64,000 nucleotides of DNA from Bradymonadia bacterium (GTDB lineage Bacteria > Myxococcota_A > Bradymonadia > UBA7976 > UBA1532). Location: assembly GCA_046290225.1 (NCBI GenBank), contig JBKAGE010000080.1, positions 64,001 to 128,000 on the forward strand. The letters run 5' to 3'. A program made the position numbers and the translations under genes. Positions 1-10,529 of the stretch are shown one piece after another (position 1 is the first letter of the stretch; every line of letters begins with the position of its first letter). The notes under the pieces were generated by a model. It was not told where the DNA came from, ran no database searches, and saw only the letters and a list, made by a program, of their open reading frames with translations.

Positions 1-793
1 CGCTCCAGATGTCCCGCCAGCGCTTGGCCTCTTCGTGGCCTCTGCCCGGCGTGGTGTCGTCGGGCAACGTCGAGGCGATGAAGTTGGCGTGAATGCCAGA
101 GACCTTGTCAGTGTAGACGATGCCGTCGTGGGTCGTCTCCACCACCAGATCTTTGTACTGGTCCGAGGCCCCACACTCCGTCGAGGCGATGAAGCGCGTG
201 CCCATGTACGCCAGCTCCGCCCCGAGGGACAGCGCCGCAGCGACCTGGGCCCCGCCAGAGATGCAGCCGGCCCCGATGATGGGCACCTCGAGATGCTCAC
301 GCAGGTACGGAATCAATGCGTAGGGGTTCACCGTGCCGGCGTGCCCACCTGCCCCCTGGCTGACCCCGATGATGGCGTCTACACCTGCGGACTGCGCCTT
401 GAGGGCATGCTTGAGGTTGATGACGTCGTGGAACACCGTCACCCCTTTGCCGTGGGCCACCTTCACGATCTCCGTGGGGTTGCCGTAGCTGGTGATCATC
501 ACCGGCACCTCATACTCGAGGCACAGCTCAACATCCCGCATCAGCCGCGCCGGATCAGTGAGGCCGATGGTGACGTTGATGGCGAAGGGCCGGTCGGTCC
601 GGGCCCTGATCCACTGCAAATCGGCCTCGAACTGCTCCACGGTGCGGGCGTTGAGGCTGGGCATCGATCCGAGGATCCCCGCCTCGGCGCAGGCCACGAT
701 CATCTCTTTGTTGCTGATGATGAACATGGGGGCGGCCACCAGGGGGTACTTCAGCCCCAGCCGCTTGGAGAGCGGGGTGGAAAAGCTGGCCAT
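1..793 (-). CDS. Nitronate monooxygenase / 2-nitropropane dioxygenase family flavoprotein (3' end runs off window)
   Basis: Manual translation from ATG at 793: MASFSTPLSKRLGLKYPLVAAPMFIISNKEMIVACAEAGILGSMPSLNAR..., later GAGGHAG. Start overlaps the upstream stop (TGATG). Confidence 0.85.
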   Translation of the reverse strand, partial: MASFSTPLSKRLGLKYPLVAAPMFIISNKEMIVACAEAGILGSMPSLNARTVEQFEADLQWIRARTDRPFAINVTIGLTDPARLMRDVELCLEYEVPVMITSYGNPTEIVKVAHGKGVTVFHDVINLKHALKAQSAGVDAIIGVSQGAGGHAGTVNPYALIPYLREHLEVPIIGAGCISGGAQVAAALSLGAELAYMGTRFIASTECGASDQYKDLVVETTHDGIVYTDKVSGIHANFIASTLPDDTTPGRGHEEAKRWRDIWS

Positions 794-1512
794 CAGGGCT
801 CCTCTTCGCCGGGTTCCAGCAAGAAGGGGTAGGTCACCTCGAGGGGCTCACCGCTCTCGGGGGCCTGGAACTTCACCCCTTCGATGCTGTTTACGATGCA
901 CCCTTCCAGGGCGCTGTGGTCAAGATCTGATTGCACGATCTTCACTGCTTTGATCTGCCCAGGCCGATCCTGGGCCGCTTCGGTGTCGCTGCCCTCTTCG
1001 ACGTCTGGCGCGTCGATGGTGAATTGAATCGCCACCCGGCCTTCGATTGGGTCTTCGGTGCGCTTCGCCCACCCGTCGTAGCATTCTTCGATGTGGGGCT
1101 TGATCTCTTTCATCGCCCCCACCACACCTTCTTTGTCGAGGGACCAGATCATGGCCTCTTCGACATCGCCCTCTGCTGCCTCATCGAGGGGCTGAGCTTC
1201 TTTTTCGGCATCTTCAGCGACATCGGTTTCAGCAACTTTGGGAGCGGCCTGAGGATCTCCGCCGGGCATCACCTTGTCCTCTGCGGGTGCCTGCAATGGA
1301 GGTTGGGGCCTGGCGACGTCACGCTGAGTATGCGCCGGGCTCGGTAGCTCGGGCGGGTTTGACGGGGCTGGGCGATTTGCTGTGGCGGGTTGTGTCTCGG
1401 TCTTCGCTGTGGGGCCACTCCGGGGGATGCCGTCAGGCCCTGGCGGACGATTGAGCCACCACAACCCACCGATGGCGATCAACAACAGCGCAATGGCGCC
1501 CCAGATCTTCAT
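793..1512 (-). CDS. AgmX/PglI C-terminal (TonB_C-like) domain membrane protein
   Basis: N-terminal TM (MKIWGAIALLLIAIGGLWW), Pro-rich linker, then IEECY...GRVAIQFTI...GCIVNSIEGVKFQAP...VTYPF. Confidence 0.75.
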   Translation of the reverse strand: MKIWGAIALLLIAIGGLWWLNRPPGPDGIPRSGPTAKTETQPATANRPAPSNPPELPSPAHTQRDVARPQPPLQAPAEDKVMPGGDPQAAPKVAETDVAEDAEKEAQPLDEAAEGDVEEAMIWSLDKEGVVGAMKEIKPHIEECYDGWAKRTEDPIEGRVAIQFTIDAPDVEEGSDTEAAQDRPGQIKAVKIVQSDLDHSALEGCIVNSIEGVKFQAPESGEPLEVTYPFLLEPGEEEP

Positions 1513-1709
1513 GTGCGATCTCCCCGTGGTCTCCACAGCCATCGAGAAACACGTGTGCCCGCCTGGGCACCCCGATGCCCACAAGACAACACATCACCTC
1601 GCGATGAACAACACAGACACACGCTCTCTACCGACTTGGTGCAATGCAACAATTCACGATCAAGTGCCACTCTCCCGGCACAATCATGTTGAAACACGGG
1701 TAGAGCGAC

Positions 1710-2906
1710 ATGCTGAGGAAGCTGAACGGCACCATTGTATCTATGGCACTGGCACTCATGGGGTGCGAGACGTCAGGCTTCAGCGAAGGGGCCACAGCAC
1801 ACGACGGGGGCATGCCTGAGCCAGACATGCACATCAGTCAGAGAGACGCCACCGTCGATGACTCCAGCCTGCCAGATGCGGACACAGAAGACCTGGATGA
1901 TGCCGGGCAGGATGCCGACATCGACGATCCCTGGTCCAGTGCGGGCTGCGCCTCCGGCATCGAGTGGTCTCCCATGGGAGAGCTGGCCGGTGCGGGCCGC
2001 GATCACCACATGACCTTCATCAACGCACGGGTCTCACCTCCGACCCTGCACGTCGTCGGAGGCACGAACTACAACACAGTGTTCACCGACAGCTGGCGGG
2101 CGCCGATTCTCGAAGACGGCGCCCTCGGCGAGTGGGCGCCCGCGGTCGACCTGCCTCTCCCCAGGAGCGGGGCCGCGGTCGCTCAGGCCCATGGGCGCAC
2201 CTACATCCTTGGTGGTCGAGATCGCGCCGGGATGAAGCGTGAGGTGTATGCCTCACGACATGATCCGAGTGGTGCGCTCGTCGGCTGGGACCCCATGCCC
2301 GACTTGCCCCAGGTTTCGTTCCACGGAAGCGCCACAGCCACCGAGTCGCACGTCTACCTCACCGGTGGCCTCGACGGGCGGGGCAACGCGCTCCCGCACA
2401 TTTACGTGGGGGCCCTCGACGCAGATGGCGAGATCATCGAGTGGCGCACCCAGGCGCTGCCAGAGGATCGCTCACATCACTCGAGCTTCGTAGGCGACGG
2501 GTATCTGTATTTGGTCCACGGCTTCGCAGGGAACCCCTTCAGAAATCAGACGCGCTACCACCAGGGCATCTTGAGGGCACAGATCCTCGAAGACGGCGTC
2601 CTGGGTCCATGGGCAGAGGTCGTGCGCTTCGAGGACGAGCTCGCCACCCACGCAACGACGCAGGTCGGTACCTGCGCCTATGTCCTCGCTGGTCTCGTGA
2701 ACAGCGACGACTACTCCGGCTCAGCCTTCGCACTGGACTGGTCGGAAGGCGCTGTGGAGGTCCTCCCCGTGGGGGGTGTACTGGGCACTGGGCGCTCCCA
2801 CATGCACCAGGTGCCGTTCTACGACGGCAGGCTCTATGTCGTAGGTGGCAGCGAGGCTTATCGACAGGTCAGCACGCAGGTGGAGGTCGGTGAGTTGATC
2901 GAGTGA
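1710..2906 (+). CDS. Kelch-repeat beta-propeller lipoprotein
   Basis: Lipobox LMGC; repeated YxxGG Kelch motifs (HVVGG, YILGG, YLTGG, YVVGG) with LPxPRS. Confidence 0.75.
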   Translation: MLRKLNGTIVSMALALMGCETSGFSEGATAHDGGMPEPDMHISQRDATVDDSSLPDADTEDLDDAGQDADIDDPWSSAGCASGIEWSPMGELAGAGRDHHMTFINARVSPPTLHVVGGTNYNTVFTDSWRAPILEDGALGEWAPAVDLPLPRSGAAVAQAHGRTYILGGRDRAGMKREVYASRHDPSGALVGWDPMPDLPQVSFHGSATATESHVYLTGGLDGRGNALPHIYVGALDADGEIIEWRTQALPEDRSHHSSFVGDGYLYLVHGFAGNPFRNQTRYHQGILRAQILEDGVLGPWAEVVRFEDELATHATTQVGTCAYVLAGLVNSDDYSGSAFALDWSEGAVEVLPVGGVLGTGRSHMHQVPFYDGRLYVVGGSEAYRQVSTQVEVGELIE

Positions 2907-2930
2907 TGGAAAGCCTCTGACTGTACGGAA

Positions 2931-5840
2931 TCAGTCCACAACGCCCATCAGCTGTACGTCGCCATTCTCAAGCCAGAGCAAGGGCAACGGTGGCACGATC
3001 GCCCCCGTCGGATCGAGCGGCACCAGACTCAGCCCCTGCCCCAGACCCATGGGGTGCTCGATCACCACCCAATCACCATACACGGCCACCGGGTAGGCCC
3101 CTCGGCCATCAGTGGGGGTCAGCTGACGCGCGGGACCGCCATCGAGGGGCAAGGCGTGGACGTCAGGCTCTCGGGTCAAGCGGGGCTCTGGCGCCTCACC
3201 TACGTCCTCCCCCGCCGGCTCACCTTCGGCGCGGGCCACCAGCGCATGATCGCCCGTCAACACCATGTCGGTCAGCGCCATCGGCTGGGGCCAGGGGTGC
3301 CACAGACCAGTCTCGTGGCTCACCTCACCCCATGCCTGAAAGCCCGCCTCCGTACCCACGCCATACACCCAGCGATCTCCGCTCCATTTGAGGTAGGTCT
3401 CTTCTTCGAGATCCTCTACAGGCAAACCGTCGGCGACCACTTCGTGGGGCTGCGCCTCTTCACCAGGGGCAAAAGAGACAGCCATGAGCGTGCCCTCTGG
3501 CCGCATGTAGAAACCTCTCGTGCCCACGACGCCGGCGAAGCGGGCTCGATGCATCTCATCGCCTCTGGGCGCATAGCTCGGCGTCTCGTCATTGGCGTCC
3601 ACGATGTGGAGATGCAGGTTGAACGCCAGGTTGGCAGCGGCATTGGCCAGAACACGCCCATCAGGCAACACCGCCAGCACCTCCACCGACACGTGGGGAT
3701 CATGCTCCACCGGAGTGACTTGCCCAGTTTCCAGGTCTACGATCTTCAACCCCCGCACACCGTCACTCTCCCCGACCCAAGCAGCACGACGTCTTTCGGG
3801 ATCGAGGGCCACCAGCATCTGGTGGGGCCCTGCGTCAGGTGTGGACCCGAGCTGCTGAGGGGCACTTGGGCCCTCTTCCGGAGGCTCGACGAGAGAGATC
3901 GAACTTGAGCGCACCACCAACAGGCGTCCGTTTGTCACCGGGGCGATGGCGATGATGGGCTGGCGCTGCCGCGTCGCCCAATCGCGACCTCGACCCTCTG
4001 GACTCAGGTCATACCCGACGATGGCCCCGCTCTCGGTGGCCGCGAGGACCTCGTCGCCCATGAAGACCACCCCGCTGCTCCACTGATGACCATTGAGGGC
4101 ACCTGCAGCGGGCACCCGTACACGGTTCACGTTGTCGTGGAGCACCTTCGGACCGCCTGGTGTCGAACGCACCAGCGCCTGGCCCTGGTCGCCCCTCACC
4201 CAGGCGGAGTAGCGCAACCAGAGGCCACCACTCGGTGTCACCCTGCAGCTCACGCTGAGGCTGATGTCGTCGTAGTTTCGTGTAGGACCTGTGACGATGG
4301 TGCTGGTCGCTGGCCGCCCGTCCAGCGGTTGACGTACGATCTCGTACATCGCCACTGGCATGTACTCTGTCTGCGATGCGAACCAGATCTCCCCACGCGC
4401 TCGATCGATGGCGCATATCTGCCGGGGGTGATCTGACAACCCGGGCCCTTCGGGCAGATCCCTCACAGCAGCTGGGCTGTCTGGCACAGTCGGCACCTGA
4501 GCATATCGCCGATCGCCGATGCTGAGCACCACAGTTCCGCTCTCATCGTCTATGAGCAGAGGGCGATCGATGGGCAACCCGTCGACCTCTTCGCGGACCA
4601 GCTGAGGTGCGCCGACTACGCCATCTGCCAGCGGCAGCCACATCAAACGCCCATCTTCGACATAGACAGCCCCGCTGCCGTCTTCGAAGAAACTCAGAGG
4701 CGATCTGGTCGGCACGGGTTGGGGTGCACCTGGCCAGTCACTGTCGAGATGACGGACCCATTTTTGGTCATCGTGCCAGTAACTCAGCCAGTGGATGTTG
4801 TCACCGAAATGGCGCAGCTCAGGCCGAGAGAAGATCTCCGACAGCATCATGGCACCACGGGCACCCTCCAGGTCGACGAGTTGCAGCCGATACTCACCGG
4901 CGGCCTCCCCCTCGGTCATCCACGCCGCCAGCCCCGAGACCATGGTGAGTTGGGTGCCCTCCGCCGGCCGGCCCCACTGACCCACCCTGACAGGCTCACC
5001 TGACCAGAGCGCGGTCCACAGCTCTCCCTCCGCGTTGAGCCAGCTCACTCGATGATCGGTCAAGAGCTGAGAGACCACAGGCACCTCACCTGCCATCGGG
5101 AGCGTCCACTCCGCCTCACTGACCTCGGGGCTGTCAAATGTGAGCTGGTGATGGGCGAGATGCTCCGCCTCTCTCACGGACATCCACACCTGCTCGGCGT
5201 CGGCCCGCGTGAGTGCAGGGTGCAGCAGGCCGACATACGACCACCACGCGGTCAGCTGCCCCCTGACATCTACGGCCCCGAGCAGGGTCTGCCGATGCGT
5301 GCTCTGCTCTTCAACAGTGCGGGTCAAGACGATGTGCTGATCGTCAGATACAGACCAGGTGGCCTCTTCGGGTAGCGGCAGGTTGAAGCCCTGATGCTCG
5401 AGGGTGCCATCGGCGGCAACGTCCACCCGGGACACGAACAGCCCGGTGACCGAATCTCCCCACAACGTGCCGAGCGCCACCACGACTGGCAGCTCTGCTT
5501 CTCCGAGGCATTGTCCGTCTATACATCGCCCGCCGTGGGCGCCCTCGCAGCAGATACCGTCGAGCGCGTGCGCCATGACACATGCGCCTTCTACATCACA
5601 CTGGACGACCAGACACTCGTTCTCGCTGGGTGGGCACATACAGGCCTGCGCCTCGTCACCAGGATCGCCCTCGCCGCCCGCGCCGCCCTGGCCACCCACG
5701 CCACCATCTGCGTTGTTCGACAGGTCGGCCGCCCGGGGCGTGTCTTCACATGCTGCCAGGGCCACCAGCGCCCACAACATCACAATGGGTGCTGCGCGCC
5801 CACGCGTTGTCGCTCCCCTCTCACTGAACATGGCGTCCAT
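2931..5840 (-). CDS. Large hypothetical lipoprotein with Cys-rich N-terminal module and probable beta-propeller repeats
   Basis: 969-aa ORF, lipobox LAAC, Gly-rich linker, Cys cluster, beta-rich remainder. Confidence 0.6.
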   Translation of the reverse strand: MDAMFSERGATTRGRAAPIVMLWALVALAACEDTPRAADLSNNADGGVGGQGGAGGEGDPGDEAQACMCPPSENECLVVQCDVEGACVMAHALDGICCEGAHGGRCIDGQCLGEAELPVVVALGTLWGDSVTGLFVSRVDVAADGTLEHQGFNLPLPEEATWSVSDDQHIVLTRTVEEQSTHRQTLLGAVDVRGQLTAWWSYVGLLHPALTRADAEQVWMSVREAEHLAHHQLTFDSPEVSEAEWTLPMAGEVPVVSQLLTDHRVSWLNAEGELWTALWSGEPVRVGQWGRPAEGTQLTMVSGLAAWMTEGEAAGEYRLQLVDLEGARGAMMLSEIFSRPELRHFGDNIHWLSYWHDDQKWVRHLDSDWPGAPQPVPTRSPLSFFEDGSGAVYVEDGRLMWLPLADGVVGAPQLVREEVDGLPIDRPLLIDDESGTVVLSIGDRRYAQVPTVPDSPAAVRDLPEGPGLSDHPRQICAIDRARGEIWFASQTEYMPVAMYEIVRQPLDGRPATSTIVTGPTRNYDDISLSVSCRVTPSGGLWLRYSAWVRGDQGQALVRSTPGGPKVLHDNVNRVRVPAAGALNGHQWSSGVVFMGDEVLAATESGAIVGYDLSPEGRGRDWATRQRQPIIAIAPVTNGRLLVVRSSSISLVEPPEEGPSAPQQLGSTPDAGPHQMLVALDPERRRAAWVGESDGVRGLKIVDLETGQVTPVEHDPHVSVEVLAVLPDGRVLANAAANLAFNLHLHIVDANDETPSYAPRGDEMHRARFAGVVGTRGFYMRPEGTLMAVSFAPGEEAQPHEVVADGLPVEDLEEETYLKWSGDRWVYGVGTEAGFQAWGEVSHETGLWHPWPQPMALTDMVLTGDHALVARAEGEPAGEDVGEAPEPRLTREPDVHALPLDGGPARQLTPTDGRGAYPVAVYGDWVVIEHPMGLGQGLSLVPLDPTGAIVPPLPLLWLENGDVQLMGVVD

Positions 5841-6028
5841 TGCTCCCCCCTCTGCCTACGGCAACATGCCTTCTGGAAGGGAGAACCGTAGAGAAGACCT
5901 CGAATCGAGATTCAACGGGCAACGGGCACTTCTGTATATCTGTTGAAGCTGCGAGCGGAGGGGTGCCCTCGGCGTCGAGGGAGAGGGCTTCCAGGAGGGT
6001 GGCGTCGGCGCCCGGAGCACCCGAGGGC

Positions 6029-7186
6029 TCAGGCGGCGGGGGCGATCTCGGGCAGCTCGGTGGTGGGCGAGGCGGGCTGACCAGTCTGCTCCACCACGCC
6101 GGCGACGGCGAGCTCGTCATCGCCACGGCCGAGGCGACGCAGCGAGCGGTAGTGACCGGCGATGGCGGTGCGGAGGGTGGGCACGTGGCGGTAGGTCACC
6201 CCATGACGATCAGCCACCTCTTGCAGAATCTTGGAGATCGCCGGGTAGTGCACGTGGCTGATGCGGGGGAACAGGTGATGCACCACCTGGTAGTTCAGCC
6301 CACCCACGTACCAAGTCAGGAGGCGGTTGCTCCGGGCGAAGTCCACGGTGCCGGCGAGCTGATGTTGGGCGAAGTCCACCTCGAGCATGGTGGGCCCCTC
6401 GTGGTTGGGGATCACGAACTGCGCTGACTCCACGCAGTGGGCGAGCTGGAAGATGACCGCCAGGGTGAGGCCCAGCACCATCTCGGTGAGGACGTAGAAC
6501 ACCAGGGCGGGGCCCACACCGACGAAGATCGCCGGCAGGATGATCATCCAGGTGAGGAAGAAGATCTTGCCGAAGAGGAACTGCGCGAGATCGAGCCCCC
6601 GGGGCAGCTTGATGGTGCGCTCGGCCACCCGACGGTTCTTGAGCTGTACGAAGTCGTCGAAGTACCAGCGGATGGTGAGCATGCTGTAGAGGAACCACAT
6701 GTAGAACTGCTGGTATCGGTGGAACCACAGCCGCTCGTGATCAGGGGCGAAACGCCCGAGCTTGCCCACGTCGAGATCGTCGTCCACGTGGCTGACGTTG
6801 GTGTAGGCGTGATGGATGCGGTTGTGCTTGGTCTGCCAGAGGTAGCTGCTGGCCCCGAGAATATCGAGGCTGCAGCTCACCAGGCGGTTGACCCACTTCT
6901 TCTTCGAGTAGGCCCCGTGGTTGGCGTCGTGCTGCACAGCGAAGCCGATGCCCGCCATGACCAGGCCGCAGATGACGGCGAGGCCGATGGTGAGGCCCCA
7001 GGAGAAGGGCAGGGTCAGGAAGGCCGTCACCACCCCAGCGAGGCTGCTGAGCAGGAACGCGGTCTTGAGCCACATACGCCAGCCACCGGCGGTGCTGGTG
7101 CCCGTGCGCTCGAAGTGAGCGTCGACGGACTTGCGCAGGTCGCGGTCGAAGTCAGAGCGTTTCCCGAATCGGATGACGTGGGCCAT
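6029..7186 (-). CDS. Membrane fatty acid desaturase (front-end type His boxes, no cytochrome b5 fusion)
   Basis: His boxes HDANH, HNRIHH, QVVHHLFP; TM segments; GAGGAG RBS before ATG 7186. Confidence 0.9.
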   Translation of the reverse strand: MAHVIRFGKRSDFDRDLRKSVDAHFERTGTSTAGGWRMWLKTAFLLSSLAGVVTAFLTLPFSWGLTIGLAVICGLVMAGIGFAVQHDANHGAYSKKKWVNRLVSCSLDILGASSYLWQTKHNRIHHAYTNVSHVDDDLDVGKLGRFAPDHERLWFHRYQQFYMWFLYSMLTIRWYFDDFVQLKNRRVAERTIKLPRGLDLAQFLFGKIFFLTWMIILPAIFVGVGPALVFYVLTEMVLGLTLAVIFQLAHCVESAQFVIPNHEGPTMLEVDFAQHQLAGTVDFARSNRLLTWYVGGLNYQVVHHLFPRISHVHYPAISKILQEVADRHGVTYRHVPTLRTAIAGHYRSLRRLGRGDDELAVAGVVEQTGQPASPTTELPEIAPAA

Positions 7187-7519
7187 GACAGGCTCCTCTC
7201 GATTGACTGAGACCATTGTGGCGAAAAGGCCCGCACCCTGCCGTCATGCTTCGGTCAAGTCGTGGCACCGTTTCATAGGCGGTCTGTCACCACTCAACCA
7301 GTAAAAGGTCTCAGAAATGTCTTTGGGGTCTTCGAAGGGCAGCCTTCACATGATCTACAACGAAACATCTGGGGGGTGATTTGAAGGATTTCGGCCAGGA
7401 GTTCTCCGAATTTGGCCGCTGCCTTACGGCTACATCACGTTATCTCCCACGCGACAGATTGTGAACCCTGTTTATCTGTGCAGGCTCCGGGGTGATTTTC
7501 ACGAGACACAGGAGGCCTC

Positions 7520-8794
7520 ATGTCTGCGTACGTCGGCCTGGACTTCGGCACCACCAACAGCGCCCTGGCCATCGCGCCGGAGCACGGCCCGGCCCACTTG
7601 ATCCCCCTCACGGGCCCTCAGGGCACAGCGAGCATCTGCCGCTCGATCATGTTCTTCGAGCGCGGCATGCGCGCCACCGACCTCGAGATCTCCATCGGCG
7701 CTCAGGCGGTGCACAGATATGTGGAGACAGGCGGTGAGGGTCGTCTGATCCAGTCGATCAAGTCCCACCTCGCCAGCGGCCTGTTCTCCGAGACCCGCGT
7801 CATCAATCGACGCTTCGACCTGCCTGATCTCATCGGGGTGTTCCTGCAGCACCTGCGACGCCACACCGACGTCGATCTCGGCGATCGCGTCGTGGTGGGG
7901 CGCCCGGTGCGTTACTGGGGCGCCAAGGATGCCGAGGACGAGGCCCGGGCCCTCGAGCGCATGCAGGCCGCCCTGGCCCTGGCGGGCTTTCACGAGGTGG
8001 TCTTCGAGTACGAGCCCGTGGCCGCAGCGTTGAAGTACGGATCCGGGCTGCACCGTGAAGAGCTGGTCCTCATCGCCGACTTTGGTGGTGGTACCAGCGA
8101 CTTCTCCCTCATCAAGGTGGGCCCTGGCGTCGACCCGGAAGATCCAGACACGATCCTCGGCACCGGCGGTGTGGGCATCGGCGGTGACACCTTCGACGGG
8201 CGCATCATCCACGAGGCAGTGGCCCCGGCCCTGGGCTACGGCAGCACCTATGACACGCCTTATGGCAAGACCCTGCCCATCCCCGCCTGGATCTACGGCA
8301 AGCTCGAACGCTGGCACCACCTGTCGTTCCTCAAATCGCCCGACACCTTGAAGCTGCTCCGCGAGATCGCCTCCGGGGCCGAAGATCCAGATCAGATCGA
8401 GGCCCTCATCGCCCTGGTGGACGAGAACCTCGGGCACCCGCTGCACCAGGCCGTGGAGCGCACCAAGGTGGCCCTCTCCGGTGATGACTCGACGCGTTTC
8501 CGGTTCGACCTGCCCCCCCTCGACCTCACCGCGGCCGTGCAGCGGGCTACGTTCAATGATTGGATCAGCCCTGATCTGGCCACCATCGACGCGGTGATCA
8601 CCGATTTGCTCGACTCCACAGGTGTCTCTGCTGATCAGATCGATCGCGTGTTCACTACGGGTGGTTCTTCCCTGGTGCCTGCTGTCCGAGGCATGCTGAC
8701 GACCCGCTTCGGCGCAGATCGCCTCGCCGCCGGTGACGAGCTCACTTCGGTGGCCACCGGGCTGGCGATCCGCGCTCGCTCCCGCTTCAAGTGA
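7520..8794 (+). CDS. Hsp70-family protein, YegD-like
   Basis: GLDFGTTNS, EPVAAA, DFGGGTSDFS, GIGGDTFD, TGGSS; no substrate-binding domain. Confidence 0.85.
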   Translation: MSAYVGLDFGTTNSALAIAPEHGPAHLIPLTGPQGTASICRSIMFFERGMRATDLEISIGAQAVHRYVETGGEGRLIQSIKSHLASGLFSETRVINRRFDLPDLIGVFLQHLRRHTDVDLGDRVVVGRPVRYWGAKDAEDEARALERMQAALALAGFHEVVFEYEPVAAALKYGSGLHREELVLIADFGGGTSDFSLIKVGPGVDPEDPDTILGTGGVGIGGDTFDGRIIHEAVAPALGYGSTYDTPYGKTLPIPAWIYGKLERWHHLSFLKSPDTLKLLREIASGAEDPDQIEALIALVDENLGHPLHQAVERTKVALSGDDSTRFRFDLPPLDLTAAVQRATFNDWISPDLATIDAVITDLLDSTGVSADQIDRVFTTGGSSLVPAVRGMLTTRFGADRLAAGDELTSVATGLAIRARSRFK

Positions 8795-8816
8795 GATCAC
8801 ACGCGTGAGACTGAAC

Positions 8817-9572
8817 ATGCGCATCACCGGGCTCTGGCCTCTCCTCGTCACAGCGCAGCTCTGGGCATGTGGCGGCGCGCCGACGCCAAAACCGTCTGCA
8901 GATCCACTCCAGCTGGCCTTTGAAGCCGCGGTGCTCAGGGCCTCGGATGCCTACGTCCAGGATGTCCGTGATGATCTGCGCTCCGTACCCGAAGACACAG
9001 AGCAGGTGCAGGTGGTGGCCATGATGTCTGCGGCCACCCAGAGCCGGTTCTATGGGGTGGGTGTGCGCGGGCAGCTTCCCGAAGAGATGAACGGCGCGCC
9101 CTTTGTACTCTGGGTCACCCTCGAGCCCGAGCTGCGGGATTTTTGTACCGGGCCGGGGCACCGCGACGCCCCCCGAGCTCAATGGACTCGGCTGCGGCAA
9201 TACCTTGGGATGAAGCCCCCACAGGCAGACGAGCCCCCTGATGTGCTGGTCTACCTCACGGTGCACCCTCTGGATCTCATTCGCCCGTGCCGGGATCCGG
9301 AGACCTTCGACACCGCGTGCACCCTGGGCGTCGCGACGACCTATCACAGACACATCCCCGCTTACGCGAAGTTCTTCGAGGGCCTCGCGGGCAATGGCTA
9401 CCCCTTCACGGGTCTCGGCTACACCTTCGACTGGGGTCGTGACTGGTCCGGTGACGCGCCCATCCCCGCTGGGGCCTCAGAGTACATTTTGCGCCCGGGG
9501 GGCCCCTACACGGTGCGGGCGGTGCACTCGGTGACAGAAGATTGCAACGGTCCCCAACCACGGATCGAATAG
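8817..9572 (+). CDS. Conserved hypothetical lipoprotein
   Basis: Lipobox-like LWAC; motifs LRQYLG, LIRPCRDPE, YPFTGLGYTFDW, GASEYIL. Confidence 0.6.
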   Translation: MRITGLWPLLVTAQLWACGGAPTPKPSADPLQLAFEAAVLRASDAYVQDVRDDLRSVPEDTEQVQVVAMMSAATQSRFYGVGVRGQLPEEMNGAPFVLWVTLEPELRDFCTGPGHRDAPRAQWTRLRQYLGMKPPQADEPPDVLVYLTVHPLDLIRPCRDPETFDTACTLGVATTYHRHIPAYAKFFEGLAGNGYPFTGLGYTFDWGRDWSGDAPIPAGASEYILRPGGPYTVRAVHSVTEDCNGPQPRIE

Positions 9573-9699
9573 CTTCAGGGGATCCACCGTCGGGGGGTGC
9601 TGACGAGAGGCTTGCAGGTATAGAGCGAACCTTGGCTCTAAACTTGACAGCGAGGGCCTCAACCACCACACACTCCAATGATTTCACTGGAGGACCCCC

Positions 9700-10476
9700 A
9701 TGGGGCTGTTCAAGACTCTGTGCGCTACGGCGCTCTTCGCCACCCTGCCCTTCACCTTCGCTCACGCCAAAAAGGGTGAGAAGGCCCCTGCGGCCGAGAA
9801 GCTGTACTTGCTGGGTTCTTCCTCGATCAACGGCGCCTTTGGCCGACAGCTCGAGACCGCCCTCGAAGAGGGTGGCTACGATGTCGAACGTTACGGCAAG
9901 TCGTCTTCGGGCTTCTCCCGCCCCGACTTCCTCGACTGGCAAAAAGAGCTGAAGAAGATCAAGGGCCTCAAGAAAGCCAAGGGCGCTCTGGTCTACATGG
10001 GCGGCAACGACGGCCAGGGCATCTGGCTGCGCCCCGACGAGCGCGAGGGCGGCAAGAAGGGCGAGAAGTGGATCAAGTTCGGCCAGGCTTCGCAGTGGTC
10101 GAAGGTCTACAAGGCCCGGGTGCAGACCTTCGTGCAGGCCCTGTGCGACGCCGGCCTCGAGAAGGTGATCGTGCTGCCCCCCATGGACGCGGTGCCCAAG
10201 AAGTCCGAGCTGCGCTTCACCCGCATTCGGGCGCTGCAGGTGGCCGGCGCCACGGCAGCCTCGTGTGGCGCCGTGGTCTCCACCAGCGGTGACGCCGCTC
10301 AGCTCAAGAACAAGAAGAAGGCCAAGGAGCTGCGCCAGAAGGACGGGATCCACGCCTCGATCTCCGGTGCCCGTCGAGTGATCAAGCGCATCACCCCGAA
10401 GGTGGCCGAGATCTTCCCCCCGCTGAAGCAGCCCGAGCCCCCCGCAGAAGACGCACCTGCCCCGAAGAATAAGTAG
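9700..10476 (+). CDS. Secreted SGNH/GDSL-family protein (DUF459-like)
   Basis: Signal peptide; LLGSSS block I, SSGFSRPDFLDW, MGGNDGQ, DGIH. Confidence 0.75.
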   Translation: MGLFKTLCATALFATLPFTFAHAKKGEKAPAAEKLYLLGSSSINGAFGRQLETALEEGGYDVERYGKSSSGFSRPDFLDWQKELKKIKGLKKAKGALVYMGGNDGQGIWLRPDEREGGKKGEKWIKFGQASQWSKVYKARVQTFVQALCDAGLEKVIVLPPMDAVPKKSELRFTRIRALQVAGATAASCGAVVSTSGDAAQLKNKKKAKELRQKDGIHASISGARRVIKRITPKVAEIFPPLKQPEPPAEDAPAPKNK

Positions 10477-10529
10477 TCACCCGCCCAACCTTCTCCGGCT
10501 ATCCTGGCCTCTCATCGACGCGAGAGACC

